Part shown: positions 26,811-40,967 of the stretch, in pieces
Position numbering within the stretch: position 1 is the first letter of the stretch
How the letters are laid out: the number at the start of each line of letters is the position of its first letter
Assembly (NCBI GenBank): GCA_964016885.1
Contig: OZ024740.1
Span: 410,130,001 to 410,194,000, forward strand
DNA length: 64,000 nt
Source of the DNA: Eledone cirrhosa
Taxonomy: Eukaryota
Direction of reading: 5' to 3'
Notes under the pieces: model-generated
The model's database searches: none
Seen by the model: only the letters and a program-made list of their open reading frames with translations
Told to the model about the DNA's origin: nothing
Position numbers and translations under genes: made by a program

Positions 26811-27574
26811 TGAGACAGTAAACAAAAAACCAAAAAACAACGTACAAGTGAAGATGCAGTACAAAATGTTAATATTAGATTCACGCTTGAGAGTGGGGTT
26901 GGGGGACATATATATATATGTGCATATATATATATATGCATACATACACACACACACAGATACACATAGACATGCGAACACATAGATACATATGTATTGT
27001 AACTAAGCTTCACATTGACAATTATTTAAACGTTCGAGATTTGAGTGGTTGCCGAAAAATCACTAGAAAATGCATCATATTTACATTCATCTATTAACGT
27101 GCAAGGACAAGTGATATTTGTCTAAAACACACAAGGGAGGCGACTATTGTTGAAGCTTTAGTGTTAAGAAATAATTTTTTAGTGAGTCTTTTAGAATAGG
27201 GAAATATCCATTATGTGAAAAATACGGATTTACTATTTTAGTCAGTTTGTAGTTGGAGGTTACTCGATAAAATACGATGGAAGAGTTTTCAGGCAAGAAT
27301 TCAGAAATTCATTTCCTTTGTTCAAAATTGCAAAAGGCTGCAATGGATTATTATACTGATTCAGGATACCAAGACTACAACTTTTGGAGCAATTAATGTT
27401 GGCGACACATCTTCCATAATGGATCAATTGGTTTTGTAATTGTTAATATTAGCATCCTTGAAGATCCAAATATATTTGGGTAAGTAGGTGATAGTTACAC
27501 CTTTTCCTGCAAGCACTCAAATCTTGATGTTTAATTATATTACGATTTGTTTGCAAATATTTTCACTTATAAAA

Positions 27575-27747
27575 TAATTGTTTCTGCTTTTGGCACAAGG
27601 CCAGCAATTATCTCAGTGTATTACTGGTACTTTATTTTAGGTTGAAAGGCAAAGTTAACCTCGGTGGGATTTGAACTCAGACCATAAAGGGCCGTAACTC
27701 TTTTGCTGCAAAGCATGGCGTCCAAACCTCTGCCGATACTGCCAATC
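27575..27747 (-). mobile_element. tRNA-derived SINE, main family
   Basis: A/B boxes on the minus strand; TSD TCACTTATAAAATA. Confidence 0.88.
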
Positions 27748-27968
27748 ACTTATAAAATATTGTCCCACAATTCTCCCTATTAAATTTATTTTATAATCGG
27801 TAACGTGAAAATTAACGAGTCAAAAATTACGATCCAACAAGAAGCCGCAGTATCTGATAAAATATACACACACTAACACACTAGTTTATGTTTTGAGCGG
27901 TTTCTTCCTCGTTTGTAAACAATGTAATTCAATCTACGCGCGCACATTCTCACGCACATATACCACTC

Positions 27969-28044
<76 letters not shown>

Positions 28045-28123
28045 ATTTGAATGGATACAGTTTAGTTGAAAGGAATTTATTGACACGTGTTTCTATAACA
28101 GTTACATAACCTAAAACAGCCGT

Positions 28124-30305
28124 ATGAACTCAACATTAGAAAGTGGTGTAAACAACAAATTCGGTTTTAGGACTTGTAAATACCCACCCACCAACCCACT
28201 ATTAGATGCATTTGAGCAGGACCTTATGAACTTAATCCTTAAAATTAAATTCAAAGGACGCAACACCAACAGAAAATTACAGAAAGATATAAAAAAACTA
28301 CTGGACGACCTTAAAAACACCAAAGGAATTGTAGTAAAAGCGGACAAAACATCAAACCTGTACACTATGGATTGCACTACATACAACAACTTCATTCGAA
28401 AAGAATTACATAAAAAATATAGAAAAACGAGTGAAGTAACCCTTAAGCACATCAATGATGAGGCATGCGAAATAGTGAAAAATCTCGGAATCGAAGATAG
28501 GACAGGACCACTCTTACCGGCGGTACCCACCTTCAATCTTAAGGACCACAAGGTAAACTTTGATAATGACCCTAAAATTAGATTAATCTGCCCCTCTAAA
28601 TCAGATATAGGTAAAATAAGCAAATATATCTTAGATAGAATCATCCCCCAAATTAAGGCTAAGGTTAACATTAAACTCTGGGGGAAGACCCAAGAAGCAA
28701 TAAGATGGTTTAATAGCATTAGCAATAAGAATAAATCTAAGTTTATCCAGTTTGATATCGACGAATATTACTCATCGATATCACCTGAAACTTTGAATAG
28801 AGCCATTAAGTTTGCTAAGGATAACTCTGACCTTACAAACGATGAAATTAAGATTATATTAGAAGCTAGGAAAACTATAGTCAAATTTGAGAACAGTTAT
28901 TGGGTACGTAAAGATAGACCCTCTAACTTTGACATAACAATGGGCTCTAACGATTCGGCGGAAATAACTGATATTGTGGGGTTATTTATCGCCTTTAGAC
29001 TCCAGGAAAAATTCAGCAATCTCCACGGCGGAATATACCGCGACGATGTTCTCCTACAAGCTAAAAACCTTAATAACCAAAAACTAGAAAAACTACGCAA
29101 AGATATAAGAAAACTACTACTCGAAATAGGACTAACTATAACATATGAATACAACCTTAAAGTAGTTAACTTCCTGGATGTCACACTCAATTTAAACTCT
29201 GGTTTGATTAAACCGTTTCATAAATTGAATGAAAATCTCAAATACGTAAATGTTGGGTCTAACCACCCCATCTCTATAATTAAATCTATCCCTAAAAATA
29301 TTTCCCTTAGAATCTCGGGTCTATCTTCTAACATACAAGTTTTTTAAGGAACACGCCGAGTACTACGATAAGGCCCTTAGTAAAGCAGGCTACCTCAACA
29401 AAATAGAGTACATAGATGGGAACAATCAAAACACCCAAAATAAATCCCACATAGGTAGATATAATAACACAACACCAAACCACACTTACTACCATACTAT
29501 GCACACCAGTAAACCAACAAACAAAACTAATAGAAAGCGATGCAAAGAGTACTTATGGTATAACCCCGAATACAATAGTTCCATTAGTACAAATTTACCA
29601 GTACTCTTCTTTAAAATAATTAAAAGACATTTTCCCACATCACACAAATACCACAAAATCCTAAACCCTACCACTATAAGACTGTCATACTCTACAGCGT
29701 TAAACCTTGAACAACACATAAAAAAGATCAATACTAGAAGGTTAAACGAAAACACTAAGAACTTAAGTACAAAGAACACAAAAAAAACAGTAGACAATAC
29801 ACTACAGAACATAAATAAACCACACCTAAGTTCGTCCGCAATACTACTCCAGAGAAAACCCAACGTACACAACTGTAACTGCACCTATCCTGACAACTGC
29901 CCCCTCGGCAATAACTGCCTGGAAAAAAATATTATTTATAAGTGTACCATTAAATCCGGAGGCAACGAGTGGTATTACGTGGGATCAACGGCAACATCGT
30001 TTAAATCTCGATTGTATAGGCATTCTTACTCAATAAAACACCAGAGCCAAAGAAATGTAACAACTTTAGCAGAAAAAGCTTGGACGCTCAGGGATAGCGA
30101 TCAAAAGTTTACCCTAAAATGGGAGAAATTAGCTAAAACCCAAAGCTTTTCCAGGAGCCAAAATTTCTGCAAATTGTGTAATCTTGAGATTTATTACATA
30201 ATCACACACAAGAAGAAACTGCTGAATAACAGAATTGAACGAACATTATTCTGCCGTCACAGAACTAAAACCCTTTTTTCCCACTACAAGCCGAATATTA
30301 CATAA
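28124..30305 (+). CDS. PLE RT + GIY-YIG-type endonuclease, split by one extra T at 29340-29345
   Basis: VKADKT, LKDHK..IRLICPSKSDIG, QFDIDEYYSSI, MGSNDSAE, YRDD, NFLDVTL; CNC..CPL..C, IIYKC, YYVGST. Confidence 0.88.
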
Positions 30306-30474
30306 AAGAGGGACATCCCCCAACTATATAAACCTTAATCTAGTTAAAAAATATAAAAACAATCTCTTCTCAACATATATTAATAACCTTAAATTACCAC
30401 ACTAATAATGGAAAGATATGCCGATGAGAATAGGTGCAAATATGCGATAATGAATGTGTCTAAAAACGTCCATA

Positions 30475-30615
30475 AGTATGTGTATATATATGTGAAAATG
30501 TATATAAATAAGTAAATATATATATATGTTTGATGTGTATAGTTAGATGTAAGTGTATTCATGTATTAAAGTGCTTATATATATATATGTATATATATAT
30601 GTATGTATATGTGTG

Positions 30616-30704
<89 letters not shown>

Positions 30705-30980
30705 GTATGTATATGTATGTATATATGTGTATATAGATGTGTATGTATGTGTATGTGTGTACACATGGACTAGAGTAAGTATGTATATATGTGTGTGTCT
30801 ATACGTGTGTATATAAAGATAAGTTGAGTATGAAAATGTATACACATGAGCGCGTAAGTATGTACATGAATACATGTGTGTATATATATGTGTATGCATG
30901 TGTATATATATGTAAGTATGAATATGTGAATTGTGAGTATATGTATTTTGTAGAGGTGTGCAAATATATTTGTGTGTGAA
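30475..30980. repeat. TA/TG low-complexity tract within PLE 3' UTR
   Basis: Direct reading. Confidence 0.85.
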
Positions 30981-31280
30981 TGCGTGGGTGAAAGGATACG
31001 TACACTTGAAAGAAAAATTTAAGTCTGAATGTTAATTAAGTGCAAACACAAAACCAACCACGCATATCTTTACTATCTCTAATCCTTCTATAGATTTAGA
31101 AAAATAACCAATAATATATTCTATAAAAAATGTCAAAACAACAGATGGGAATCTAATTACTCACTGCCACCAAGAATTCTCACTGCTATCGAAAAACCAC
31201 TCCTTCAACTATTCTTCTAACAACTTCACCCCTCCCTCCTAATATTCTCTATAAAAACTAAATAGGTCCTCAGTAATATT

Positions 31281-31324
31281 ATTCTGATGAAATGACAGTA
31301 AATAATAACATTGAAATATTGAAT
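31281..31324 (+). ncRNA. Candidate minimal hammerhead in 3' pLTR
   Basis: CTGATGA-aatg..catt-GAAA-tatt; stems I and III weak. Confidence 0.45.
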
Positions 31325-31545
31325 GTCTGCATAACTAAAAGTTTGTAGATAGCAGCTGTTTTAGGTTATGTAACTGTTATAGAAACACGTGTCAATAAAT
31401 TCCTTTCAACTAAACTGTATCCATTCAAATCTTTCTATTTTTCTCCGGATTACTTTTGGAACTACAACTGGAACCGTCGAGCAAACTCTACGTGAGCTGA
31501 TAATCTACTGTGTGTAATATTTATATTACAACACAACGGAAAATA

Positions 31546-31578
<33 letters not shown>

Positions 31579-31580
<2 letters not shown>

Positions 31581-32305
31581 AAATTGAAAGGTCAATCTTT
31601 TGCCAGCATAAACTGAAAGCGAAATTCTCACACTTCAAACCTTCAACTAAATCTTAACACTACTTTTCTACCCTAAATAACAATTCTACACTCCTAAAAA
31701 TAGACTATATATGAAATTTAATACTTTCTTCCTTCACCTATTCTCTGGTAAAACTTTTGCCTGTCCCCTACCAAATGCCACTTAAAATTCTATCTTCCTT
31801 ATCTCTCCCTCTACTCATCACAACTTTTAGCACACAATCCTCCTCCCCCTCCCTTCTTGTAACTTAACTATATTCTATACAAATCCTCTCACACCACCCT
31901 ATCTCTTTCTCTTTCTCTCCCTACCTCCGTCCCTTTTCTCTCTCTCTCTCTTTTGCCCCTCTCTCTCTCTGTTCCTCTATTTTACACTACTACCCCTTAT
32001 TTCATTTCCTAAGGTCATTTCAACCTTGTATTTTGAAAATTCGGATGTCACAGTATCTTTCTTGATTTCCTATTATGACATAGTGTAGCAATAATGGACT
32101 GAAATTCTGATGAAACAATTGTTAATACGTGGATTAAATCCTTTTGTAACTGTTTACCTTCGTCCTATTTCTCTTTTTTGATTACACTCCTCGTTTGTTC
32201 GTGTTTCCACCACAGAATCCCTACCAACCTGTTGAGTCACCTTAACGTATGTTGATAACTTTCCTCACAACTTGTTCTACCAAGCTTTGGAATATTCCTA
32301 ATTAC

Positions 32306-32310
<5 letters not shown>
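31579..32310 (+). mobile_element. 3' tip of a second Hydra-like PLE
   Basis: KIERSIFCQHKLKAKFSHFKP matches the neighbouring C-terminus RIERTLFCRHRTKTLFSHYKP; collapsed HHR-like CTGATGAAACAATTGTT near 32107. Confidence 0.65.
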
Positions 32311-32614
<304 letters not shown>

Positions 32615-32802
32615 CATTATAGCCAATAAGCTGACGCATTATTCTTGAATTTTACGGTGCTTGCCAATGCAGTATACATTTAGAACTATGTGGACTCAGA
32701 GATATTATACCTCTTTTGACCACAGAAAAACTATCGCACCAGTAACAAGATCCTAAACTGCCGACCACTCGACTAGCGTTTCGTTACGTAATTTTCGCAG
32801 TC

Positions 32803-32912
32803 CTCTACCACCTGTACTCATTCTGTACCACCTGTACCCATTCTGTACCATCTAGGGCCATTCTGTACCACTTGTACCCCTTATGTACCATCTGGGACCA
32901 TTCTGTACCATC
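32803..32912. repeat. ~19-bp degenerate tandem repeat (CATTCTGTACCACCTGTACC-like)
   Basis: About 5-6 imperfect units. Confidence 0.75.
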
Positions 32913-33104
32913 TTATTCCTAGTATCACTAGGGAGATGATCAGGTAAGGAAAATGAGAATGAAATTCATGAAAAAATGTTATACCGATGTGTATTTTTCA
33001 GTGTCAAAATCGTTATATTTGGAATAGAAAAGATAATAAATTAATAGATTTCTTACGAATGATAATTGATAATATATCCAGTTTTTATTATTTTGAAATG
33101 GCGA

Positions 33105-33325
33105 GGCTGGTGGATTGGCAGTGTCGGTAGCGGGCCGGATGCCATGCTTTGCAGCATAGAGTTACGGCCCTTTATGATCTGAGTTCAAATCCCGCCGAGG
33201 TTAACTTTGCCTTTCATCTTTACGGAGTCGATAAAATAAAGTTCCAGTCACGCACTGGGGTCGATTAGATCGACTTTCCCCTCCGCCAAAATTGCTGGCC
33301 TTTTGCCTATATAAGAAACAATTAT
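33105..33325 (+). mobile_element. tRNA-derived SINE, main family, long form
   Basis: A/B boxes; contains the GGGGTCGATTAGATCGAC segment. Confidence 0.88.
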
Positions 33326-33337
33326 TTTGAAATGGCG

Positions 33338-33532
33338 ATGCTGGTGGATTGGCAGTATCGGTAGAGGGTCGGGCGCCATGCTTTGCAGCAAAGAGTTAAG
33401 GTCCTTTATGGTATGAGTTCAAATCCCGCCGAGGTGAACTTTGCCTTTCATCCTTACGGGGTCGATAAAATAAAGTACCAGTAATGCACTGGGATAATTG
33501 CTGGCATTGTGCCAAAAGTAGAAACAATTATT
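33338..33532 (+). mobile_element. tRNA-derived SINE, main family, short form
   Basis: Tandem to the previous copy; TTATTTTGAAATG occurs before, between and after the two copies. Confidence 0.88.
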
Positions 33533-33636
33533 TTGAAATGTATATAATATATAACTCATTCCTACGTAAAATATTTTCTTTCGTGATTGGTGAAAATATA
33601 ATTACTTAATTATTCTCATCCATATTGGTTAAATTT

Positions 33637-34925
33637 CTAGTAGTACATGTATTTATTTAGTATTTAATACTAATAGTACATGTACTTAATTAGTAGTTAA
33701 TACTAAAAGTACATGTAATTATTTAGTATTTGAAACTAGTAGTACATGTACTTATTTAGTATTTAATACTAGTAGTACATGTACTTATTTAGTATTTAAT
33801 ACTAGTAGTACATGTACTTATTTAGTATTTAATACTAGTAGTACATGTACTTATTTAGTATTTAATACTAATAGTACATGTACTTATTTAGTATTTAATA
33901 CTAATAGTACATGTACTTATTTAGTATTTGAAACTAGTAGTACATGTACTTATTTAGTATTTGAAACTAGTAGTACATGTACTTATTTAGTATTTGAAAC
34001 TAGTAGTACATGTACTTATTTAGTATTTAATACTAGTAGTACATGTACTTATTTAGTATTTAATACTAATAGTACATGTACTTATTTAGTATTTAATACT
34101 AGTAGTACATGTACTTATTTAGTATTTAATACTAGTAGTACATGTACTTATTTAGTATTTAATACTAATAGTACATGTACTTATTTAGTATTTAATACTA
34201 ATAGTACATGTACTTATTTAGTATTTAATACTAATAGTACATGTACTTATTTAGTATTTGAAACTAGTAGTACATGTACTTATTTAGTATTTGAAACTAG
34301 TAGTACATGTACTTATTTAGTATTTAATACTAATAGTACATGCACTTATTTAGTATTTAATACTAATAGTACATGTACTTATTTAGTATTTAATACTAAT
34401 AGTACATGTACTTATTTAGTATTTGAAACTAGTAGTACATGTACTTATTTAGTATTTGAAACTAGTAGTACATGTACTTATTTAGTATTTGAAACTAGTA
34501 GTACATGTACTTATTTAGTATATGAAACTAGTAGTAAATGTACTTATTTAGTATTTAATACTAATAGTACATGTACTTATTTAGTATTTGAAACTAGTAG
34601 TACATGTACTTATTTAGTATTTGAAACTAGTAGTACATGTACTTATTTAGTATTTAATACTAATAGTACATGTACTTATTTAGTATTTAATACTAGTAGT
34701 ACATGTACTTATTTAGTATTTAATACTAGTAGTACATATACTTATTTAGTATTTGAAACTAGTAGTACATGTACTTATTTAGTATTTGAAACTAGTAGTA
34801 CATGTACTTATTTAGTATTTGAAACTAGTAGTACATGTACTTATTTAGTATTTGAAACTAGTAGTACATGCACTTATTTAGTATTTAATACTAGTAGTAC
34901 ATGTACTTATTTAGTATTTGAAACT
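33637..34925. repeat. 33-bp minisatellite, ~39 copies
   Basis: Unit TAGTAGTACATGTACTTATTTAGTATTTAATAC with a TTGAAAC variant; internal palindrome AGTACATGTACT. Confidence 0.95.
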
Positions 34926-35709
34926 GAACATGCTTTTAAGAAGGGAAAGAATATATGTTTATTGCTTTTAAGCGATTTTCTAATTGTTTGCAGTAATTGA
35001 TTCCCCCCCCCCCCCCAAAAAAAAACAATAGTGGATTATTTCTTTTGCAAAGCTCCCTCTATGGAGCGGTAGCTTTGGAAAATGATTTGGAGATTTACTA
35101 AAATAAATGACATGTAACGGTGCGATGCAAGAAATACTAATTGTTTACTTTGTATTATTAGTAATGTATTTCTGACGCCGCTCTTTCTCATGTTAAGTCA
35201 ATTCGTGTGAAACCTATTTATCCAAGATCTTCACATTTCTGGGATACAACAATCGCCGGAAGCAGACATAACAGATAGGATCAACTACATCCAGCATGGG
35301 TGGATGAAAGGCAAGGCTGACTTGAGCCAGAACTAAATACTGTAATATATTTTGTCTGACACTTTAACAACTTCGCCAATTCATCACCCAAATAATACTA
35401 ATAATGATTTCTAACATATGTAGGTGGCCAGAATATTGGTGGAAGAGAAGCCAACTATACAGACCCCAGCGCCTGACCGGTGCAAGTTGTCAAAATTTTA
35501 GTATAGAATTTCTTCTCACTAGTTCGGTTTCTCTTTTGGCTTACTCAAAATACCATTATCTCTAAACGAAATTTCTGAAACCAGCGATATATTGTTTGAA
35601 GTTTAATTTAACTCGCTCCAAATGCCAAATAGGTGCTTTTTGCAGTTTCAGCTGCACTATGTACTAATTTAAACCCGTATAAACAGCCGTGGTTATTCAG
35701 TAGCCACCA

Positions 35710-36160
35710 CACTATCTATCTATCCAAGGCGGGTAAAATTCCCGAGATCCATGGACGAGTTCTCTCCAGCGGTCTCTGTCCCTTATTATCGCTGCCATGT
35801 CCTGCGTCTCCAACAGACCAGTGTCTGTCCTTAGGGCATCAACAAACGTTAACCTTGGTCTTCCTCTTCTAGTGTGTCCATGTAGGGGCTCCCACAGGAG
35901 CACTGAGTGCAATGTCAACTCTGGATGTTGGTGAGCATGTCCAGATAACCTCAGTCTCCTCTGTGTCACTTTTGAGCTGACTTTTGGGATGCTCCCATAC
36001 AGCTCTGAGTTTTTCATCCTCAGTGTATACTGATTAATGTTCAGAGCCATCCTCAGCATTCTCGTGTAGCACCCATCCACCATCTGAGTGAGTTTCTTGG
36101 TCAGTATCCAAGTCTCAGACCCGTATAGCAGCACAGACTCCACTACAGCGGCAGAAAATA
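35710..36160 (-). mobile_element. RTE LINE 3' fragment
   Basis: ESVLLYGSETW, RRLRLSGH, RRGRPR, DRDRWR; short (GATA) tail. Confidence 0.9.
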
Positions 36161-36766
36161 TGTTCTTGGATAAGCATCACCAGGAATGTGAAGTTAGACG
36201 AATTTAAAAGCTAAGCAAATGATACGAAATTGATTAACCCATCAGTTACTTTCTCTAACATACAAAATGGGGTCATATTAAAAAAAATGATATTCCTTAT
36301 GGTTCATTGTGGTATTATGTTAATCATTTTGGAAAATATTGGAGTCAACGGACATTTTTTATTTTTGATATCTCCAGCAAAAGATAGACTTCACTGAACT
36401 TGTCGAAGTAGTGATGTGGGACTAAGTAAACTTACATTAAGCGAGAAAAAAGAGCATATTAAAAACTTCGCCGAGATTAATTATTCAAAAACGTCCTCTG
36501 CTTGAAAAACAAGTTATATTAATTCTAGTTTATTCAATGATTAAAGTTCATCTTAATTTAGCGGCTCTGCAACATTAGTTTCAATTAGATCATTGATGCT
36601 CACTATATTATTAATTATGTTATTTATTGTCACTTGTTTCATCAGCAACAAGCGTAGAAATGAAGTCCTTCTTTGATGGATTTGAGCTTAGAATATATAG
36701 GAAATCAGGCAATGGAAAATCCATTATCATGAGAAATGACTGCTATGGTATTACATATATTTATTA

Positions 36767-36980
36767 TAATTGTTTCTACTTTAGGTACAAGGCCAGCAAT
36801 TTGAAGGGGAAGGAATGTCGATTAAATCAACCTCAGTGCATTACTGGTACTTTATTTTATCGACCTCGTAAGGATGAAAGGCAAAATTAACCCCGGAGAG
36901 ATTTGAACTCAGAACGTAAAGGGCCATAACTCTATGATGCAAAGCATGGTGTCTGACATTCTACCGATACTGCCAATCCC
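36767..36980 (-). mobile_element. tRNA-derived SINE, main family, long form
   Basis: Reverse complement of the 33105-33325 type. Confidence 0.85.
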
Positions 36981-37374
36981 CCTATGCATGACATCAATCT
37001 ATATTGAAGATAGTTGCTATTTTTGTTTAGTAATTTCAATTAATGCTACACTGTTATAGATGGTAAGACTGGTGATACAATATATCGATTTTATAGCCAA
37101 ATATAGAACATACTTGGCAACATCACTATGTACGTTATTGTGCGGATACTGATAATGTGATGACTATGATATTGTCACTGGAATATATCAATGGTCAACT
37201 TATGTATGTATGAACCCGTAACACCTGGTGTAATTGTAGTGACACCGTAGTGTCATACAACAGTTCTTGGACAAGTTTATAACCTGGTGGAGCCCATCTC
37301 CTCTCCAGGTCTGAATACAGACGATTTCGTCCAGAGAAGGAGAGCAAATTATAGAGAAGTGAGAAAGGGATATT

Positions 37375-37538
37375 GAGCAAGAAATGACCCAGAATTGCGT
37401 TGGTACTATTTTTATCGACATCGAAAGAATGAAGGGCAAAGTTGATCACGACAGGATTTGAACTCAGCATACAGAGAGCCGGAACAAACACCGCAAAGCA
37501 TTCTATCTAATGTTCTAACGTCTGCCAAATCACCGCCT
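37375..37538 (-). mobile_element. Older SINE relative
   Basis: TTTATCGAC..GAATGAAGGGCAAAGTTGA..GGATTTGAACTCAG. Confidence 0.65.
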
Positions 37539-37749
37539 GTCGAGTTACTATATTAATTTTAAAAAGATTGAAATTAAAGGAAACGGTGATTCTGATAGAT
37601 TTGGTCACAGAACATAAATTAGACTAAATACTGTTATAGAGATGTGGAAGTGAAACGACGCTGCAGTCTGATTTGTTTGTATATGTGTATTTGACACTAT
37701 TTTGAAAACAAAACATTGTAAAAATTCATTTTCAATTTTGGTAGTTTTT

Positions 37750-38085
37750 GTTCATCAGTTCTTGTGACGCTAAACTCCGCCAGTTGCAGACTGCACATTA
37801 ACATGTGATATCTCTCTCCACAAAGTTCGATCATCAGCAGCAGAGTTCAAAGAGCAAAAATCAAGTCCAGTCCATAAGTTAACATTGTCAAGCCATTGTT
37901 TTGGCTGTTGACCTCTGCTTCTCTTACCAGCCAACCTTCCTTCCAGGCATAATCTACTCACACTAGGAGTTGATCTTTTTATATGGCCATATAGTTTGAG
38001 TACTCTTGACTTGAAAATTGATGTATTTGGTCTAAGTTTGGTAATGTTGAGCAGCTCACTGATACAGATACGGTCGCTGAGCCGC
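37750..38085 (-). mobile_element. RTE LINE 3' fragment
   Basis: LEGRLAGKRSRG..W..AADDRTLWR. Confidence 0.8.
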
Positions 38086-38598
38086 TTGTGTCTTTAAATA
38101 ACTATAGATCTAGGATTCACTACTAAAAAGAAAATGGGAGATGAGAGTGGAGGAAGGAAAGAGAAGAGGAAGGACGACAGTTTTACATGTTCTTTTCACT
38201 TCGGCGTGTTTTTCAAATCTTTCTAAATCTCAGATTTCCAGTAACATGGCGGCACTGAAGATTAAAATGTGATGAAATGCGGAATGTGATAAACATGGGA
38301 TGGACAACGGAATCTATTTTGAAATAAGTGAATTTAGTAGCTTTTCTTGATATATTTTGAAGAGTTTTAATAATTTCTCTTAAGAAAATGAACTACGTTC
38401 ACTTGCCCATAGCTGTTGTTGCTATTATCTCAATGCTATCACAACTATCAGTACAGCATCTGTCCATCTATCTGTCCATCTATCTATCTATAAGTCTGCT
38501 TGTTTGTCTATCTATATCTATTTCTACATCTATTTACTTTATCTAACTTCAGACAGCATCAATAATAACAACAAAGGCAGTTATCGACTGCCCACATG

Positions 38599-39310
38599 GT
38601 TGTTATCGTTGATACTATCTATTATAGTAGTTGTTGTTATCGTTGATACTATCTATTATAGTAGTTGTAGTGACCTACATTCCGCGGGCTCACATACATT
38701 CTCTGTGCGTGATTTGGCTCAGTTCAGCCAATCAGCGCCAGTAGAAGAGGATGTATCCCTACGCGCCCTGAGAAGAAATTTCCCGCGAAGATTTGAAGAA
38801 TCTCTCTCTTGTACCGGAAACTTCAAGCCAGCAACACGCATAATGTAACGGTGAGATCTTGCACCCTAGCCTCGCCGGCTTAACGGCGCATTCCCTTTTG
38901 TAACCTCTTTTTATCCGTAACTTCAACCATATAAGTTAACAAACATTGTTTGTACTACATCAAAAATAAACAAACATTTCATCTCTAATTACTGCTGTTG
39001 AAATCATTTTTATGTTACTCGTGTCTCAATAACATCTATAATCCATGCTGCTGGAATTGGCGACCTGACGAAAGGAATATTGTAAATAGATGGTAAATAG
39101 ATCGAGGGACCTTCCCTCACGTCTATGTCAACAAGATAATCCAACGAGGATACTATCACTTACCACACTGGCAACTAACGACCTTCAATCATCTACCCTG
39201 TTAAAGTAACGACCACTGATTCTACCACCCTGCTAAATAGTTGTTGTTATCGTTGATACTATCTATTATAGTAGTTGTTGTTATCGTTGAGACTATCTAT
39301 TATAGTAGTT
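38599..39310. repeat. 34-bp tandem repeat split by a ~570 bp LTR-like insertion (38666-39237)
   Basis: Unit GTTGTTATCGTTGATACTATCTATTATAGTAGTT twice on each side; insert begins TGTAGTG, has AATAAA and a PBS-like TGGCGACC near 39058. Confidence 0.55.
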
Positions 39311-40029
39311 GTTGTTGTTGTCGTTATTGTAGCGCTAAGTAAACCAGGTGTATTTGATGACTAATATTACGATAATTGATTAAAATAAATATTAAATACA
39401 GTTACAGCTAGCTTGATATGAAGAAGGAGAAGGAGAAGGAAGAAGAGGAAGAAGAAGAAGAGGAGGAGGAGGAGAAGGACTTTAAGCTGAAGTAGAAGAC
39501 TCTTGCCCAATATTACTAAGTGTGAAACTCAAACCGGTTTCCCGTGAATACGAAACAAACTTCTTAACCACTCAGTCATATTTCAGCTCCTGAATATATG
39601 TTATTCACCCAAGCACACTCCTGCGCATGTATGCTCGTATGTAAATATATATATATACATGCATATATACATATATCTAAACACACCCCAGTGCGTATGG
39701 ACGTGTGCATTAAAAACATAAATATATACTCCTCACACACAAAATCAAGTACCAACACATAATCGTAAATCATATTAAATTTATACCCAGAATGCTTTTC
39801 AATTTGAAACGCAGCTCATTTTTTGGTGAAAAAGTAAGAAAATATGCATAGTTTAATTCTATATAAATCATGAATATACAAATATCTAAATTTATTAAGC
39901 ACAGCGAGAAATTTATGGAATATTGGAAGGGTAACATAAGACGATAAATGTGGTAATGTCAATAGAAAAATTTATAGGATGTTAAAATGTATATAGTATC
40001 ACTCGGAGGAATATTTATATTTCATACAT

Positions 40030-40282
<253 letters not shown>

Positions 40283-40477
40283 AATATATATATATTTAAG
40301 TGTATAGGTGTACCTGTATATGTTCTTGTTTTATTCAGAATAGCACTGTTGACTGGAAACTCATGAACGAAATTCGAAACTTGGTGCTTGTGAACAGGAT
40401 TGCCATGATGCCTTGAAACATCTTTAAATAAAGATAAACACAAAGATTTGAATTGTTATTGAGAACGAACAAAGAAA

Positions 40478-40654
40478 TAATTGTTTCTACTTTTTGGCAC
40501 AAGGCCAGCAATTATCCCAGTGTATTACTGGTACTTTATTTTATCGACCCCGTAAGGATGAAAGGCAAAGTTAACCTCGGCGGGATTTGAACTCAGTCCG
40601 TAAAGGGACGTAACTGTGCTGCAAAGCGTCCGACCCTCTACCGATACTGCCAAT
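40478..40654 (-). mobile_element. tRNA-derived SINE, main family
   Basis: TSD AACGAACAAAGAAA. Confidence 0.88.
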
Positions 40655-40967
40655 AACGAACAAAGAAAATAATAAAACACAAACTGTAGTAATAAAACTG
40701 AGAGAAAAGAAGCAAAGAAAACAGAACTTGTATTTGAGCCAAGTTTGAATAAAACGAAATGAATCAAGTTATTATACATTGTTGCCCATGGTCAACTTTG
40801 ATTGAGTAGAACAGTTTGGTAGTCATTTCTAGCAGTTTCTCCAAGGAAATAATGTTTCTTACTTATTTGAACTCAATATGTTTTCAGAATATTTTTGCCA
40901 CTAATGGCTCCAACATACGTGCCGAGTATTAATCGGCGCAACCCTGATATATATATATATATATATA

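Larger units (their letters stand above)
28041..31548 (+). mobile_element. Hydra-like Penelope element with 5' inverted pLTR segment, in (TA)n
   Basis: 28041-28120 is the reverse complement of 31355-31434; RT-EN ORF; TA flanks. Confidence 0.9.

Noticed and set aside
28111-28725. Antisense ORFs overlapping PLE/RTE coding regions
   Set aside because: Shadow frames of the true RT ORFs.
33637-34925. CRISPR-like periodic array
   Set aside because: Contiguous tandem units without unique spacers, no cas genes, eukaryotic context.
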